NCBI RefSeq assembly: GCF_006345805.1
Contig: NC_042999.1
Coordinates: 109,864,001 to 109,928,000, forward strand
Reading direction: 5' to 3'
Origin: Octopus sinensis
Lineage: Eukaryota
Length of the DNA: 64,000 nucleotides
The position numbers and the translations under genes were made by a program. Numbering within the stretch: position 1 is the stretch's first letter; the number at the start of each line of letters is the position of its first letter. This document shows, piece after piece, positions 13,891-25,900 of the stretch. The notes beneath the pieces are model-generated. The model saw only the letters and a list, made by a program, of their open reading frames with translations, was not told the origin of the DNA and did no database searches.

Positions 13891-14752
13891 CATGTGGTCT
13901 GATCAGTAAGTATCCGGACTGTTGCCATAGTAGCAAAGCTAAAGCCCACAGAGTGAAGTTGCTTGGCATAGATTGACCTTGGTCTCTGCTGTGCATGCGC
14001 ACTAAATTTTAATGTTCTATCTCACTTCTGCTTTTTACAGCAGTGCGTGGAAGGAAGGTGTGTAGCGTGTGATTGTTGCATTGAACATGACAGAAAAAGT
14101 TGAGAAGAGAATCTGCATCAAATTTTGCCAAAAGCTTGGCAATACCTGTTCAGAGGCCAACACAAAGTTTTCAAAAAGTTTTCATTGTTCTCAGCACAAT
14201 CAAAGCGATCTTATGCAATCGAAACCTGAGTGTCTTTTTGGTCAGCTGAAAGCAGTTTCGGCAGAAATTTGGCAGACATGTGTCTCATACCCAAATTTTC
14301 GGTGATAATGGACTGAACTGTAACTAATCTGCACTTCCTCTGATAACTCACGGATGGTGATTCGATGATTTCACCTCACAGTTCTGCTGGTTGTGGGTCT
14401 CTCCAATCATTTGTCACTATCGACAGTTTTTTGGTCACCTTGGAAACGTCTGAACCACTCATACACTTGTGAGTGGCTTGTACACTCCTCTCCATACACT
14501 TTCTGCAACTTTGCGTAGGCCTCTGAGCAAGTATCGCCATGACAACTTACTCTGTCATGGTCAATGCAATGATCACACGGTACACACCTTCCTTCCAAGT
14601 ACTGCTGTAAAATGCAGAAATGAGCTAGAATGTTAAAACTTAGTGAGCATGCATAGCAGAATCCAGGATCGATCTATGCCATGCAGCTTCACTCTGTGAG
14701 CTTTAGTTTCGTTACTATGACAACAGTCCGGACACTTATTGATCAGACCTCA
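13891..14752 (-). mobile_element. Non-autonomous mariner derivative with ~290-bp inverted ends and a degenerate transposase N-terminus
   Basis: TA-flanked TIRs (gtggtctgatcagtaagtatccggactgttg / caacagtccggacacttattgatcagacctc). Minus strand gives SEAYAKLQKVYGEECTSHSQVYEWFRRFQ, RITIRELSEEVQIS and LGMRHMSAKFLPKLLSADQK (mariner HTH and linker). Plus strand gives MTEKVEKRICIKFCQKLGNTCSEA. Confidence 0.9.
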
Positions 14753-14957
14753 TATATGTTTGTTGCAGCTGGCATCTCACATCCAGTTATTTGAATTTCC
14801 TGATCCTGCTTTTCAGACTGGCTATGAAGTGTGTGGTATTTGCAATCTGTTGTTCAAAATATATAGACAAGTTTGTGAGGAGTCAGTAGATTAATGATGG
14901 AAAGGGAAAGAAAAGAAAAGAAATGTCAGAGAAAAGGGAGGGAAAACCCTACACTTT

Positions 14958-15156
14958 TTAGCGGTTGTTGGATGAATGGGTGGAGGAGGGGTTACTATCG
15001 TTTATATATTTGTTGACCTTTGGAATCAAACTTGAGGTTGAGGATAAGGTTGTAAATTGCTCAGTCAAGTGTTCAAATTCACTCCGGTCAAATGTATTCC
15101 AGCAAAATTTTGAAATGATGAGTATTATATGTGGTTCGCTTTCACACCAATATATT
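14958..15156 (-). CDS. Candidate terminal coding exon, product unknown (IYWCESEPHIILIISKFCWNTFDRSEFEHLTEQF...HSSNNR*)
   Basis: Acceptor after a (CT)n tract (ctctcactctcaataag|A), then 1 nt + 65 sense codons + TAA. Phase-compatible with the candidate exon at 16587-16654. Not recognised. Confidence 0.3.
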
Positions 15157-16231
15157 CTTATTGAGAGTGAGAGAGAGAGTGAGAGAGAGAGAGAGAGAGT
15201 GAGAGTGAGAGAGAGAGAAAGAGAGAGTGTGTTTTAGCTGATGAGGAAAAAGGTTGATGTGAAGTTCCTCATGGAATCCAAAAGGGGAAAATTTGCAGTG
15301 GGTTACTTTCCCGATATTGTTTGGTTTTACTAGTTATCAGAATCAGTTTTTCTGTAACTTCAGTGAACTAGTGGTTGATTGTTGTTGGGGTATTATGGGC
15401 TTCATCCTGCGTAATAATGCAGACTACTGTCTTAACAATTGATAGACATGAAGTGACTAGTTGGATAAGGCTAGTATGCAACACCACCAGCATTACCCCA
15501 TGCAATATATTACCATCATCAAAACCTTAAATACATGTGTTTCTGACTAGTTTGTTTGCTTGTTCGATTGGTTGAGTTTCCCTTCCGATATTTTACTAAT
15601 AATTGAAGCTTGTAAGTTTTTCTGATTAAGGATTATTATTGCAAATAAAAAGAAAAAAAAAACCCAAAGAAATTTTTATTTTTTGAAATTTTAGTTTTGT
15701 TTTAGATATTTAGAGATATATTTTAGGCAAGTCTCAAGCTATATAAAATATGAAATCAGTTAAATAAAAATTAAAATGAGATAAACTTGTCAGATAAGGA
15801 TAAAACAATATGAAAAGAAATACACTGTAAATTACAAAAAAAAAAAAACTTAAACAAAACAGAACATTTCAAGTTTTAACTTATTTTTTGATATTTTGAG
15901 GTCATGACCCCTTCCTTATGACATGTGGAGAAATGAGTAATGAAATAAACTATTGCGTAAACTACCCTATTTTGACGACAGAAGAACTGCTACCATACAT
16001 TATGCAATCCACAGGGAGGAACTTAATATCGGTCTATCCCTTAGGAAATTTGATATGGTTATGTAATATTGGAATGGTGTAGATTGAACGCAAAACTATA
16101 TACTGGCTCTTTAATAATGCGGGTGTTTCATTGTTTCTTTGGGAAATGTACTTAATTGTATGCATCTCACTTCATTAAGCTAGAAAATATATACCAGGAA
16201 AACTCAAAAGTGGTGAAGTATTATTCTAGCA

Positions 16232-16406
16232 CAGTGCTCCACAATCGGTATACCATGGCACACTGGTGTGCCACAAGATGACGCTCAGTGTAACCTGAAT
16301 ATAATTTTTTCGCTATACTTTTAGTTATGTATTTAGTTCAGGTGTGCCGCTGAATTTTGAAAGGAATGTAAGTGTGCTGCAAGTGAAAAAAGGCTGCAGA
16401 GCACTG
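16232..16406. mobile_element. hAT (Charlie-like) MITE
   Basis: Ends cagtgctccacaa / ggctgcagagcactg; 8-bp flanks ttctagca / ttctagct (7/8 match, TSD). Confidence 0.8.
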
Positions 16407-16586
16407 TTCTAGCTAATGAAAGATATTTTTTTCCTCATTTGGCGTTAGGAAGGGCATCCAGGTGTAGAAACTCTGCCAGATCAAGATTTGAGCCTGGTGC
16501 AGCCATCTGGTTTGCCAGCCCGCACTCAAATCGTCCAACCCATGCTAGCATGGAAAGCGGATGTTAAACGATGATGATTTGCTTAC

Positions 16587-16654
16587 CTATGGAGAATCCA
16601 GAACCGAGCACTGACCATTTGAAATCCAAGATTTAGTGGAATGACATAATGTAG
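16587..16654 (-). CDS. Candidate internal exon, product unknown (LHYVIPLNLGFQMVSARFWILH-R)
   Basis: 68 nt between a moderate acceptor (tatccaatctataag) and a strong donor (ATAG|gtaagc); open in phase 0 and ends in phase 2. Confidence 0.3.
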
Positions 16655-17715
16655 CTTATAGATTGGATAGCATGAATAAGGGTAATTGTATTTCATGTAT
16701 TAAAATTTTCCAAGATATTAGAGAATGCTCTTGTAAATTGTTATAGTAAAAGAGTCAATGTTTTGATTATAAGAATAGGCATGATTTTGCAAAACATATT
16801 CTAATTCACTTAGCTGTGGATGAGTCTTTCCAGCAAATCTCTGCACACAAAGTATGCTAACACCTCATATTCTTTTCTTCCTTGACTGCTAATAAAGATG
16901 TTAATATGTATATTTATCCATTTATTTTGCCCTATATTATGAATAGGCTTTTTAGGAATAATTGTCCCAATCCCACCTGTGAAATCTAATTTATGCTTGA
17001 ATCCTGCCAGCAAAACCAAATGAGTTTGACTTTCTTGTATTCTACCAAAGTAAGGCATTAGCTGTGATGTATTACACCAATGTAAACTGAAGATGTACAG
17101 CGTAATGATTAAAATTGCTATACAGGCAAAGTGTATGCCAAACAGACAGTGTTGCAAAACAAGGATCACTACCACCAGTGCTTCCATCATCATCTGTTGA
17201 TCATTGGTCTATTCAACCAGAGCTGAGTTGAAACTAAAAACAGTGGATTCTATTACAAGGTTATACACATAGAGCAAATAAACAATATAGAACAAGGTCC
17301 TACATTTTATCTGTATAAAAACTAGCTCATCTAGTTTTGTAGACTGCCAGCTGAGCAACTTAGCAAGATAGTTTTGATCTGACACAGACCAGAATTACTT
17401 CAACAGGGATAGGTATATGGAATAAGAGTGATTTAACTAATGTTATCTACCAACAAAAAAAAGAAGAAAAAAAAAAGAATTTGTTCAGTTAGATCATATA
17501 TTTATGTTTTAAGTATAAGTAGAAATAATTAATGTATGTTTTATTTTACAAGCACATAAAACATTTGTGACTATGAAATATAATTAGAAGACAGATATTT
17601 TTGTATTGTAACTTTGTAAAGATTTTGATGTAAGGCTATGCAAAAACTGGTATTGGAGAAAAGGAATCAGAAAATTTTGCTGAATTATCAATTAGTGTAT
17701 GATGCAAAGCACAAA

Positions 17716-18172
17716 CATGACTGTATAGTTAAGAAGTTTGCTTCCCAACTACATGGTTTCAGGTTCAATCCCACTGAATGGTACTTTGGGCAAATGTCTT
17801 CTACTGTAAGCCTGAGCGAGAAAAACTTGTGAATGGATTCAGTAATTAGGAACTGAAAGAAACCTGCTGTATGTATGTGTGCATGCATGTGTGTACACGC
17901 ATACATGTGCATATGTATATGTGTAATTATTCTTTCCTTGTCCTGATATAATGCAACAATTACAAATTAATATACCCATCATACAAACTGCAGTCCCTAT
18001 TTCAAGTCTTCCATGAAAACATGTCTAGCTATGGGAAAATATTACCTTGTTTAGAAATAGGTGAGAGTTGCAACAGGGAGGGCATCCAGCCATAGAAAAT
18101 CTACCTCAATGAATTACATTGGATCAATGCAAATATGACAAAGTGGATATTAAACTGATGAGGATGATGATG
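17716..18172 (+). mobile_element. SINE with family-A head and central domain but RTE-type (GAT)n tail
   Basis: ggttcaatcccactg...tttgggcaaatgtcttctac...ggaactgaaagaaacc, then (TG)n, a different body, then gagggcatccagccatagaaaa...gatattaaactgatgaggatgatgatg. Confidence 0.7.
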
Positions 18173-19349
18173 ACAGACTGTCTCACTGTTTAACACACAA
18201 GTTGAATAAATTAATCTAGGTAGGGTAAATATAAATTAATGACCTGAGAAATAGAATCACATTGAATAAGCCACCCATCCCTTTTTACTTTTTTAGTAGA
18301 GTAAAGATTTAAGAATATGTGTAGCATAAATAAATTAGAATTAAGTAAGTGTCTTGTGCAGGGCTACGTTAGAAGCATGCAAATTGAAGCTCTGAGAGGC
18401 TGAAAATTTTGTTGTTCAGCCTATCTCATTTTGAACAGTATGGTATATGATGTAAGAAAAGAGCCGAGCTACAATGGTTCAGATGCATTTATAATAAAAT
18501 TATGTGTATAAAAACAGGATTTTATAGAGAAGAGTTACACTTATTGAAAATATATATTTGTGTTTTTTTCTTCTTATTTATCATAGTATTAGAAATCGTA
18601 GAAATACAGTTAAAACAAACTGGAGTCTTGAACAGCATTATCAGAAAGCTAAAATAATATTATTTTGCTATTAAAAGACAAAACTATCAACATTCCTAGC
18701 TATTGTGATATCAGTGGCTATAAGACTGATAAAAGCTGGACTTTAATCAAAATAAAAACTATATACTATATAACACAATAGAACATGCCTTCTCAATCCT
18801 TGCCACACTTTATTTGATTAGGCCTTATTTTGCTTGTTCGAATAAGGTAGATAATACCAATATCTTAGATTAACTTGACATTGAGTCAATGGCAATATCT
18901 TCTTTTCTCAGTCTATTTAAAAAGAATTTAATTGTGCTATGCTGATTATTTTTCCTTCATACACAGCAGCATTTATAGAGACAAGAGGATCTAAAATTGG
19001 TGACTGGCCGATACAATTTGAAGCTACAATCATCAATTTTGTGAATTGAAAACAAAAATAGCAAAAACTAAATAGGCAACAAAAATAATTAAAGAAAAGC
19101 AAACAAGAAATAAAATGTATATCCTAGCAAAAGAAAAAGAAAAAAAAATTTAAACTAGTAAAATAATTGGAGGAGAAAAAGCTAACAAGGAATGACACCA
19201 AGTCTGCTAGACATGCTCTGACAAGATACTTTAGTTCTTACACAGCAGATGCTTAACATTCAATCTTACAAACCAATGGAGCTGAAGAAAAATATATCAA
19301 TAAACCAGAAAAAAAACCTATCATCTGGAATATAATGCGTATGTGTGTG

Positions 19350-19351
19350 TG

Positions 19352-19406
<55 letters not shown>

Positions 19407-19458
19407 TATATACACATACATATGCATATATGTATATACATACATATATGTATATATA

Positions 19459-19505
<47 letters not shown>

Positions 19506-19534
19506 ATGTGTGTGTGTGTATGTATATATACATG

Positions 19535-19581
<47 letters not shown>

Positions 19582-19607
19582 ATGTGTGTGTGTATGTGTG
19601 TGTATAC

Positions 19608-19654
<47 letters not shown>

Positions 19655-19752
19655 TATATATATACATATATGTATATATGTGTGTGTGTGTATATATATA
19701 TATATGTATATATATATATCTATATATGCATGTATGCATATATATATGTATG

Positions 19753-19822
<70 letters not shown>

Positions 19823-19915
19823 CATACACACACACACATACATGCTTGTACATACATACACATGCATGCATGTGAATACATGTAATTATATTACTACATA
19901 CATGCACATACATGC
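19350..19915. repeat. Long compound (TA)n/(TG)n/(CA)n microsatellite
   Basis: Direct reading; source of the 110-215 aa YI-repeat ORFs on both strands. Confidence 0.95.
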
Positions 19916-21000
19916 TTAGCTAACCCCAGATTCATTGCATGGAATGTTCATGTATAAGACTGCTTTCAGAATCATGCTAGAATGTTTCGTAGAGAAATAG
20001 TAGAGGCACTGAAAACATAATATACAATATATTTAAAAATGTACAAATACAAAATAAAAATTGTATATATTCTTGACTCTCCAAGAAGATATGAGGGAAT
20101 TCTTAATAAAATAGAAGACAATTAAAACTAGCAGCAAAATGGATGGGTATTTCATGAGAGAAAAGGAAGAAAACATCTGATGGAATATCTTTATGAATAA
20201 AGAGATTTTCTTTCAAGTGTGAATTTTTGTAAACTTCATAGATGTGAGTAGTGAAAAAAAGAAGAGACAAGTGAGGAAAAAAAGAGTTTTGTGAGGTGTA
20301 AAACAAGTACTGTACATCAAGTTTGGTAGATTAGAGAAGGGAAGAAAAAATTTATCATCAAAATCAAGCATATGATATTACTAAAAAAAATGGAAAAAAA
20401 AGCCTCTTGATTTATCCCTGAATAGTTCTGCCATGTAACTTGTCCTTTTGGATTAGAATTCTTGATATCAATCTCTCTCTTGTGCAAGGTTTAGGTGTAT
20501 GCATAAGTGAAAATATATCAGTGCATATACTTGCATAAATACATGTATGCATGTATATGGATGCTCACATACACATGCCATTTTATGCAACAGGGTCTTA
20601 ACTCCTTGATGGAGTTGTAGGGACACCATTGCAATAGACAGCATGTCTTTCGGATTTTAGACCAGGCAGAGCCTATCCGTCTTCAAGTCTGATCAAGATT
20701 GATTTCTAGAAGGAGAGAAACAGACTGTCAGAAAGAGAAAGTTATCAAAAGCGAAGAATCAACCCAGTACAGGATTAGTACTTTATTTATCAACTCTTGA
20801 AAGAATGAAAAGCAAAATTGATCTTTGCAGGATTTGAACTCAGAGTGCTGGGAAAATCAATCTGTCTGTAAGGTAATCTATCCAATGCTCTAATGACTGT
20901 CAATGGGTTGTCTTACAGACACATGAATACAAATGACCATTCATGCATATATTCATATATACATATAAGAGAACAAAGTGTACATACACCACTATATATA

Positions 21001-21281
21001 TATATATAAAATAAAATACAAAATGGGACAAGAACCCAAAACATCCGGACAACTAGGTGATACAAAATGGGACAACAAAATATCCAAATAGACGATACAA
21101 AAAAACACGGACAGGTCATTTGAAGCCGAAATTGCAAGGATGATCTGGTTCTTGACTGAAGATAAAAGGCTTCGAATGACCCATCCATGTTTTTTTGTAT
21201 TGTCTATCTAGATGTTTTGTTGTCCTTTTTTCTATCACCTAGTTGTCCGGATGTTTTGCCTTCTTGTCCCATTTTGTATTT

Positions 21282-21300
<19 letters not shown>
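21001..21300. mobile_element. Fold-back (palindromic) repeat element in a (TA)n tract
   Basis: 21008-21127 is the reverse complement of ~21168-21289 with scattered mismatches; 40-nt spacer at 21128-21167. Confidence 0.8.
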
Positions 21301-21327
<27 letters not shown>

Positions 21328-21607
21328 TATATATATGTATGTATGTATATGGGATAAATTATCCTTCTTTATACAAGTGGGTGTACATGTGCTTTTGTGA
21401 GAATGCACATGGTGTGTGATACAAAATATGCTAATGATAAGAATCTGGTGCCTTGTACACTATTTAGGACTAATATATTCAACGATGAATTTCAATTTGA
21501 GCTGGAGATCAAAACCAAACAAATTTAGACTAAACAGGATGGCTAACTTGCAGAGTGTCCAAATCAACAATTGGGTAACGGACCAACAGTAGCAGCAAAA
21601 AGCTTAA

Positions 21608-21834
21608 CAATTTTGATACCAACCTGCTTCAGACTGCTTCTTGCACTATAATACAAAACCCTCTGTTTCTATTAGAACCTTCCTGCAAAATTTGATTAAG
21701 TTCTATTTTAAACACCATTATATTAATAAATAAATTAGACATTTTATGAAAATCTCTCAAAATTCTTGATACTTTTCAAAATGAGCTAATACATATATGC
21801 ATTGTGTTTTGTTAGAAATATAGTGCTGAAAGGA
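21608..21834 (-). mobile_element. Degraded piggyBac-type MITE, same family as 58767-58987 in opposite orientation
   Basis: TTAA at both ends (21604-21607 and 21835-21838). Left end resembles the reverse complement of the 58767-58987 right end, and vice versa. Confidence 0.6.
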
Positions 21835-22500
21835 TTAACAAAATTCTTACCCTATTGCCTAAAGGAATTTCTATCCTGGACAAAAGAAAAAGCTTAATTG
21901 TGTGTATGATGTACAGAGGTGGGGGTGTATGTGTGTACATATAAAAATTACAAAAAACCCCAAAAAACTCATTTGTGAATGAACAGGACTGACATTCTTT
22001 CTGAAGATGTATCTCTTAATATACACTTAAACTTCTAAACTGGCATGCTATCTATATTAAATATATCATTGTTTATCTTTATTCATTTTTTAAGTATTTG
22101 AATCAGATACCTATGAAACACTTAAATTTTCAACTATATTTTTATTTTTAGAGCTTCCAGTTTTCCTACATAGTACTAATTACTAACAATAGAATTATAT
22201 GAGATCGCAAAAGCCTCATTCTCACTGTGTATTATAAAAGATGGATAAAATGACTTTGTTTTGTTAGTCAACAAGTTTTGAAGTGGGAAACACATATACA
22301 CTTGAATATTGACTCCTTGAGATTACACTATTATAATTTTAACATTTCAGAAATTTCTATAAGCTACCATATCATGAAAAAGAATCAACACTCCCATGTT
22401 AAAGAATCTGCAGAAGCCTTTGGTAAATTTATCAACCAGTTTGAAAGATATCATAAACATGTGAAGTTAGTTGAGAAGGAAAGAAATGAATATATTTCTG

Positions 22501-22816
22501 TTAACCCCTTACTCGGCAAAGACGAGTTAATTTGTCTTCATCTAATTTGTCTTTTTCAGAGCGTGACGAGTAAACTCGTCCAAAACATATAATTTCAAAA
22601 ACAGCCACAGATGAGTTTATTTATACGTCAATTGATGGCATTTCTTGATTTTTTTTTTCTTTTTATACAAATTATGCCCAGATGTCAAGCTCTGAAGAGG
22701 ACAATCAGAATGAACCTTCTATTAGAAGCTTGGATAAAAAACATTTGGCTGAAAATGAAATGTTTCCTCCAAAAAAGGTTGCTGGGGAAGGGGTTAATGT
22801 TTGGAAGATACAGTAG
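22501..22816 (+). mobile_element. Possible piggyBac-like left end with a short acidic ORF (MSSSEEDNQNEPSIRSLDKKHLAENEMFPPKKVAGEGVNVWKIQ*)
   Basis: TTAA-CCCCTTACTCGGC start, internal gacgag/ctcgtc inverted motifs, and an ATG at 22682 after a pyrimidine tract. No matching right TIR found. Confidence 0.3.
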
Positions 22817-23918
22817 TCATTTACTATGATGAAAAAAATGGCCTAAAATTACAAAAGGGTAGGCTGAAAATGCATTACATACTACGTGTATGTAAATAAA
22901 GAGAAATTAACATTTGTTTTTTTGTTGTTTTTGTAAGCGTCAAAATGTGTATTGTACAATAACAGTTAGAGGATATCGTTCTTTTTAATGCAGAAATGGT
23001 GTCAGAACAGTGGAAATATTGGATAAATTACCCTTACAAAATGGAAAAATTTGTCAACAAATAGCCATGGGATCTGAAACCACATCGTTCAAAGACTCCA
23101 GAGTCCAATGGCATTTCTGCATTCAAATCAAAATTATCATCTAATTGCATTGTGCATTACAAACTAATCAAGTATAAACAATTTAATTGCATCTAAATTT
23201 ACTAGCAGTACATTTACGTTCAATCTGAAGTGACAGAAATTGTGATAAGGTATTATCATAATTACTGTTACATTTCCACCTTTGACTGCTGGCTGCATGA
23301 GTTGATTGCAAATTTCATACATTTGATAAACCTTCTAAACATTAAATGTTCCTAGGGTCATCATAACTACAATTGGTCAACTTATGCAATCAACAAAACC
23401 TTCACCACAACTGTTACTTGATATTGTAGGACCGAAACTTATTTATTTATTTGTTAAAACAACTATCAAATAAAAAAAAATGGTAACAAAGAACATGATA
23501 AAACAATATTATAAACTTCCACTTGTTTTAATGAATAGTAGATCATTGCCTTCTAAGGTTTCAATGATGCAATAACCTAAAAGGGAAGTGCTTAGATGAT
23601 TTATAATAATGATGATGATGATGATAATAATAATAATATTACATTTGAAGAAATTACCTTTTAGTTGAAAAGATACTAGTGATTTAAATATTATCATACC
23701 ATTGAAACCTAATTTATTTTGCAAGAAGGACGTATAATACAGCTTCAAAAGGCTACTTATGTTGAGCTCCTGAAGAAAACTGCAAAAATCTGGATCTACT
23801 GTTCCCTCCTTCAAGCAAATACTATAAATCATTCAAAAAATGAAGATTGCATAACTATGGAAGCAGATGATGAGGACATATCGATTCATCACTTTAATAC
23901 ATTTGTATGCATACATAC

Positions 23919-23964
<46 letters not shown>

Positions 23965-24250
23965 ATATATACTTGGAATCCTGGGGTGGATCAACAATTT
24001 GTATTGGATTGTCTATGTGTATCTAAATCTGGATAGATGTGTAGGTGTATATATGCATGCTTACAGTATGTAACCAGCAAAATAGCAACTTTAAATTGCT
24101 CCTGAGTATTATAAGCCTAGCACCCGGCATTTCCTGACATCCTATATCTCAAGATACCAAGATTCTAATGAATCCTGCAACCAAACACACATATATATAT
24201 AATATAATATATAACACACACACACACACAAAAGAAAGAAAAAGAAACTT

Positions 24251-24422
24251 TTAGTCATCAAGTCTCCGCTCAACAAATTTTCTATTGCTTTGAAAATAGG
24301 GACCAGAAGTTTTCAATCTTTGGACAACACAGCCATTAAATGGAGGAGTTGAACAAAAATGAAAAGGTAAATTAATACTCTTTTCAGTCTGTGATTCACT
24401 GGTTTCTATGTCATAGGTCTGC
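24251..24422 (-). CDS. Candidate terminal exon, product unknown (QTYDIETSESQTEKSINLPFHFCSTPPFNGCVVQRLKTSGPYFQSNRKFVERRLDD*)
   Basis: Acceptor ttgctttgattatctctattcag|G, then 1 nt + 56 codons + TAA. Not recognised; could be chance. Confidence 0.2.
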
Positions 24423-25667
24423 CTGAATAGAGATAATCAAAGCAATTTGAAAACAACTTACACACATGCACCCATGTATGAATCTTCTTTAAATATATTT
24501 AATATTCAACATATATTTTAAATACATACAATATAAAAATATGTGTATGCATGCATTCTCAATTATCTGTAGTTGAGTGAGTGTGCATGTATATATATAT
24601 TTATATATAGATGTTAGTACACATACATGCATGTGTTCAGGCATACATGTATATATATATATATCCCAACATATCAATAAATACAAATATAAACATGAAT
24701 GTGTGTATATATTTATATATATTTAGAGAAAAACAATTTTACACACACACACTATTTGATACACACACACACATATATGTATATATATACACATATATAT
24801 GCCATTTATGTATACATGCAAGTAGGAATGTATGTATATACATATAAATGTCTGTATGTATGTCATGTTTGTATGTATATCCATCCAATATTGTCAGGAA
24901 TGTATGCCGTACACAGAGTAGCAAAAACTGCCACAATATTTATATTTAGATATTTATTCTACAGACTTAGAAATAAGATCTATGATCTAAGAGATTTGGT
25001 AAATTTATGGAAATTTAATCTTCCCTCAAATTATTATGTATTTACATTGGATTTTCTCCCTCTTAGTCTAGGAATTAACTACCAATATAATAGGTTTAAT
25101 TTTGGGAATAAAGCAAATAAACCAATATCTTATTTTTTGTTCTTTTCTTCCCTTTCTTTCTTTTATATAATTCAGAAAGAGACTATCTACAAAATTCTTC
25201 ATTTTTGTTTATAAATGATGCATAGCAAATGCATGTGAGCACTCTATGTACATATGCACTGCACACAGACATTCTAGCATAGTACCCAACAAAAATGATG
25301 GGGTTTACTCCTGTCTCTTTGTCTGTCTCCTTGAAGCTTTGTTCCATTTTCTTATTGTGTTTCATTTTGTCTACTTTCAGTTAATTCCCTATTTCCTCTC
25401 TTTTCACTTTCATATTTCAGTCTCTGCCTGTGCTTCATGATCTGCTCGCTTGACTGAAGATTTTCTCATTCTCACACCTAACTTTTCCAAATTACTGAAT
25501 ACAGCTACTATTTTCTCTCTCCACAGAAAGTGAAGTAAATCAACAAACAAAAAAGTGATCCTTGTATATATGGACATATGCTTGGATAGCTTTAATAGGA
25601 GAGGGATAACAGAAGTCAAGAATGGATCTGATTTTCAAAGAACTAACTCATTTTAACTCATTGGTTT

Positions 25668-25900
25668 GTGTGAATGGATGGAGTGAGGAAAGCTTTAGTG
25701 GTTAGATGTGTTGGATTGAGAGAGGCAAGAGAGTTTATGAATGATAGGAAAACTTGGAGAGTGTTTGTGGACGGATGGGTGAATTTGATGTTGCTCAAAG
25801 AGGTACAGAACCAGTGTGATGCAACAGGGCTAAACCAGCATATGCTGTTGGGCCCCACTGCTGATATTGGGGGTGCGTTCTGTGCGACTGAAGCATAGAA
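25668..25900 (+). mobile_element. RTE-clade LINE 3' remnant (ORF2 C-terminus and 3' UTR)
   Basis: Peptide MDGVRKALVVRCVGLREAREFMNDRKTWRVFV matches the typical RTE ORF2 ending (W.D.V...L...G.....A.....DR..WR). Confidence 0.65.

Noticed and set aside
19253-19919. Longest ORFs in the track (up to 215 aa), and similar ones at 9.5-10.1, 10.7-11.0, 24.6-25.2, 27.5-28.7, 37.9-38.2 and 48.4-48.9 kb
   Set aside because: They are YI/HT/CV dipeptide translations of dinucleotide microsatellites.
21125-21180. Hammerhead-like words (GAAA ... CTGAAGA ... GAAT) in the palindrome spacer
   Set aside because: No G-C closing pair for stem II after CTGAAGA, and no stem III/UH site could be built.
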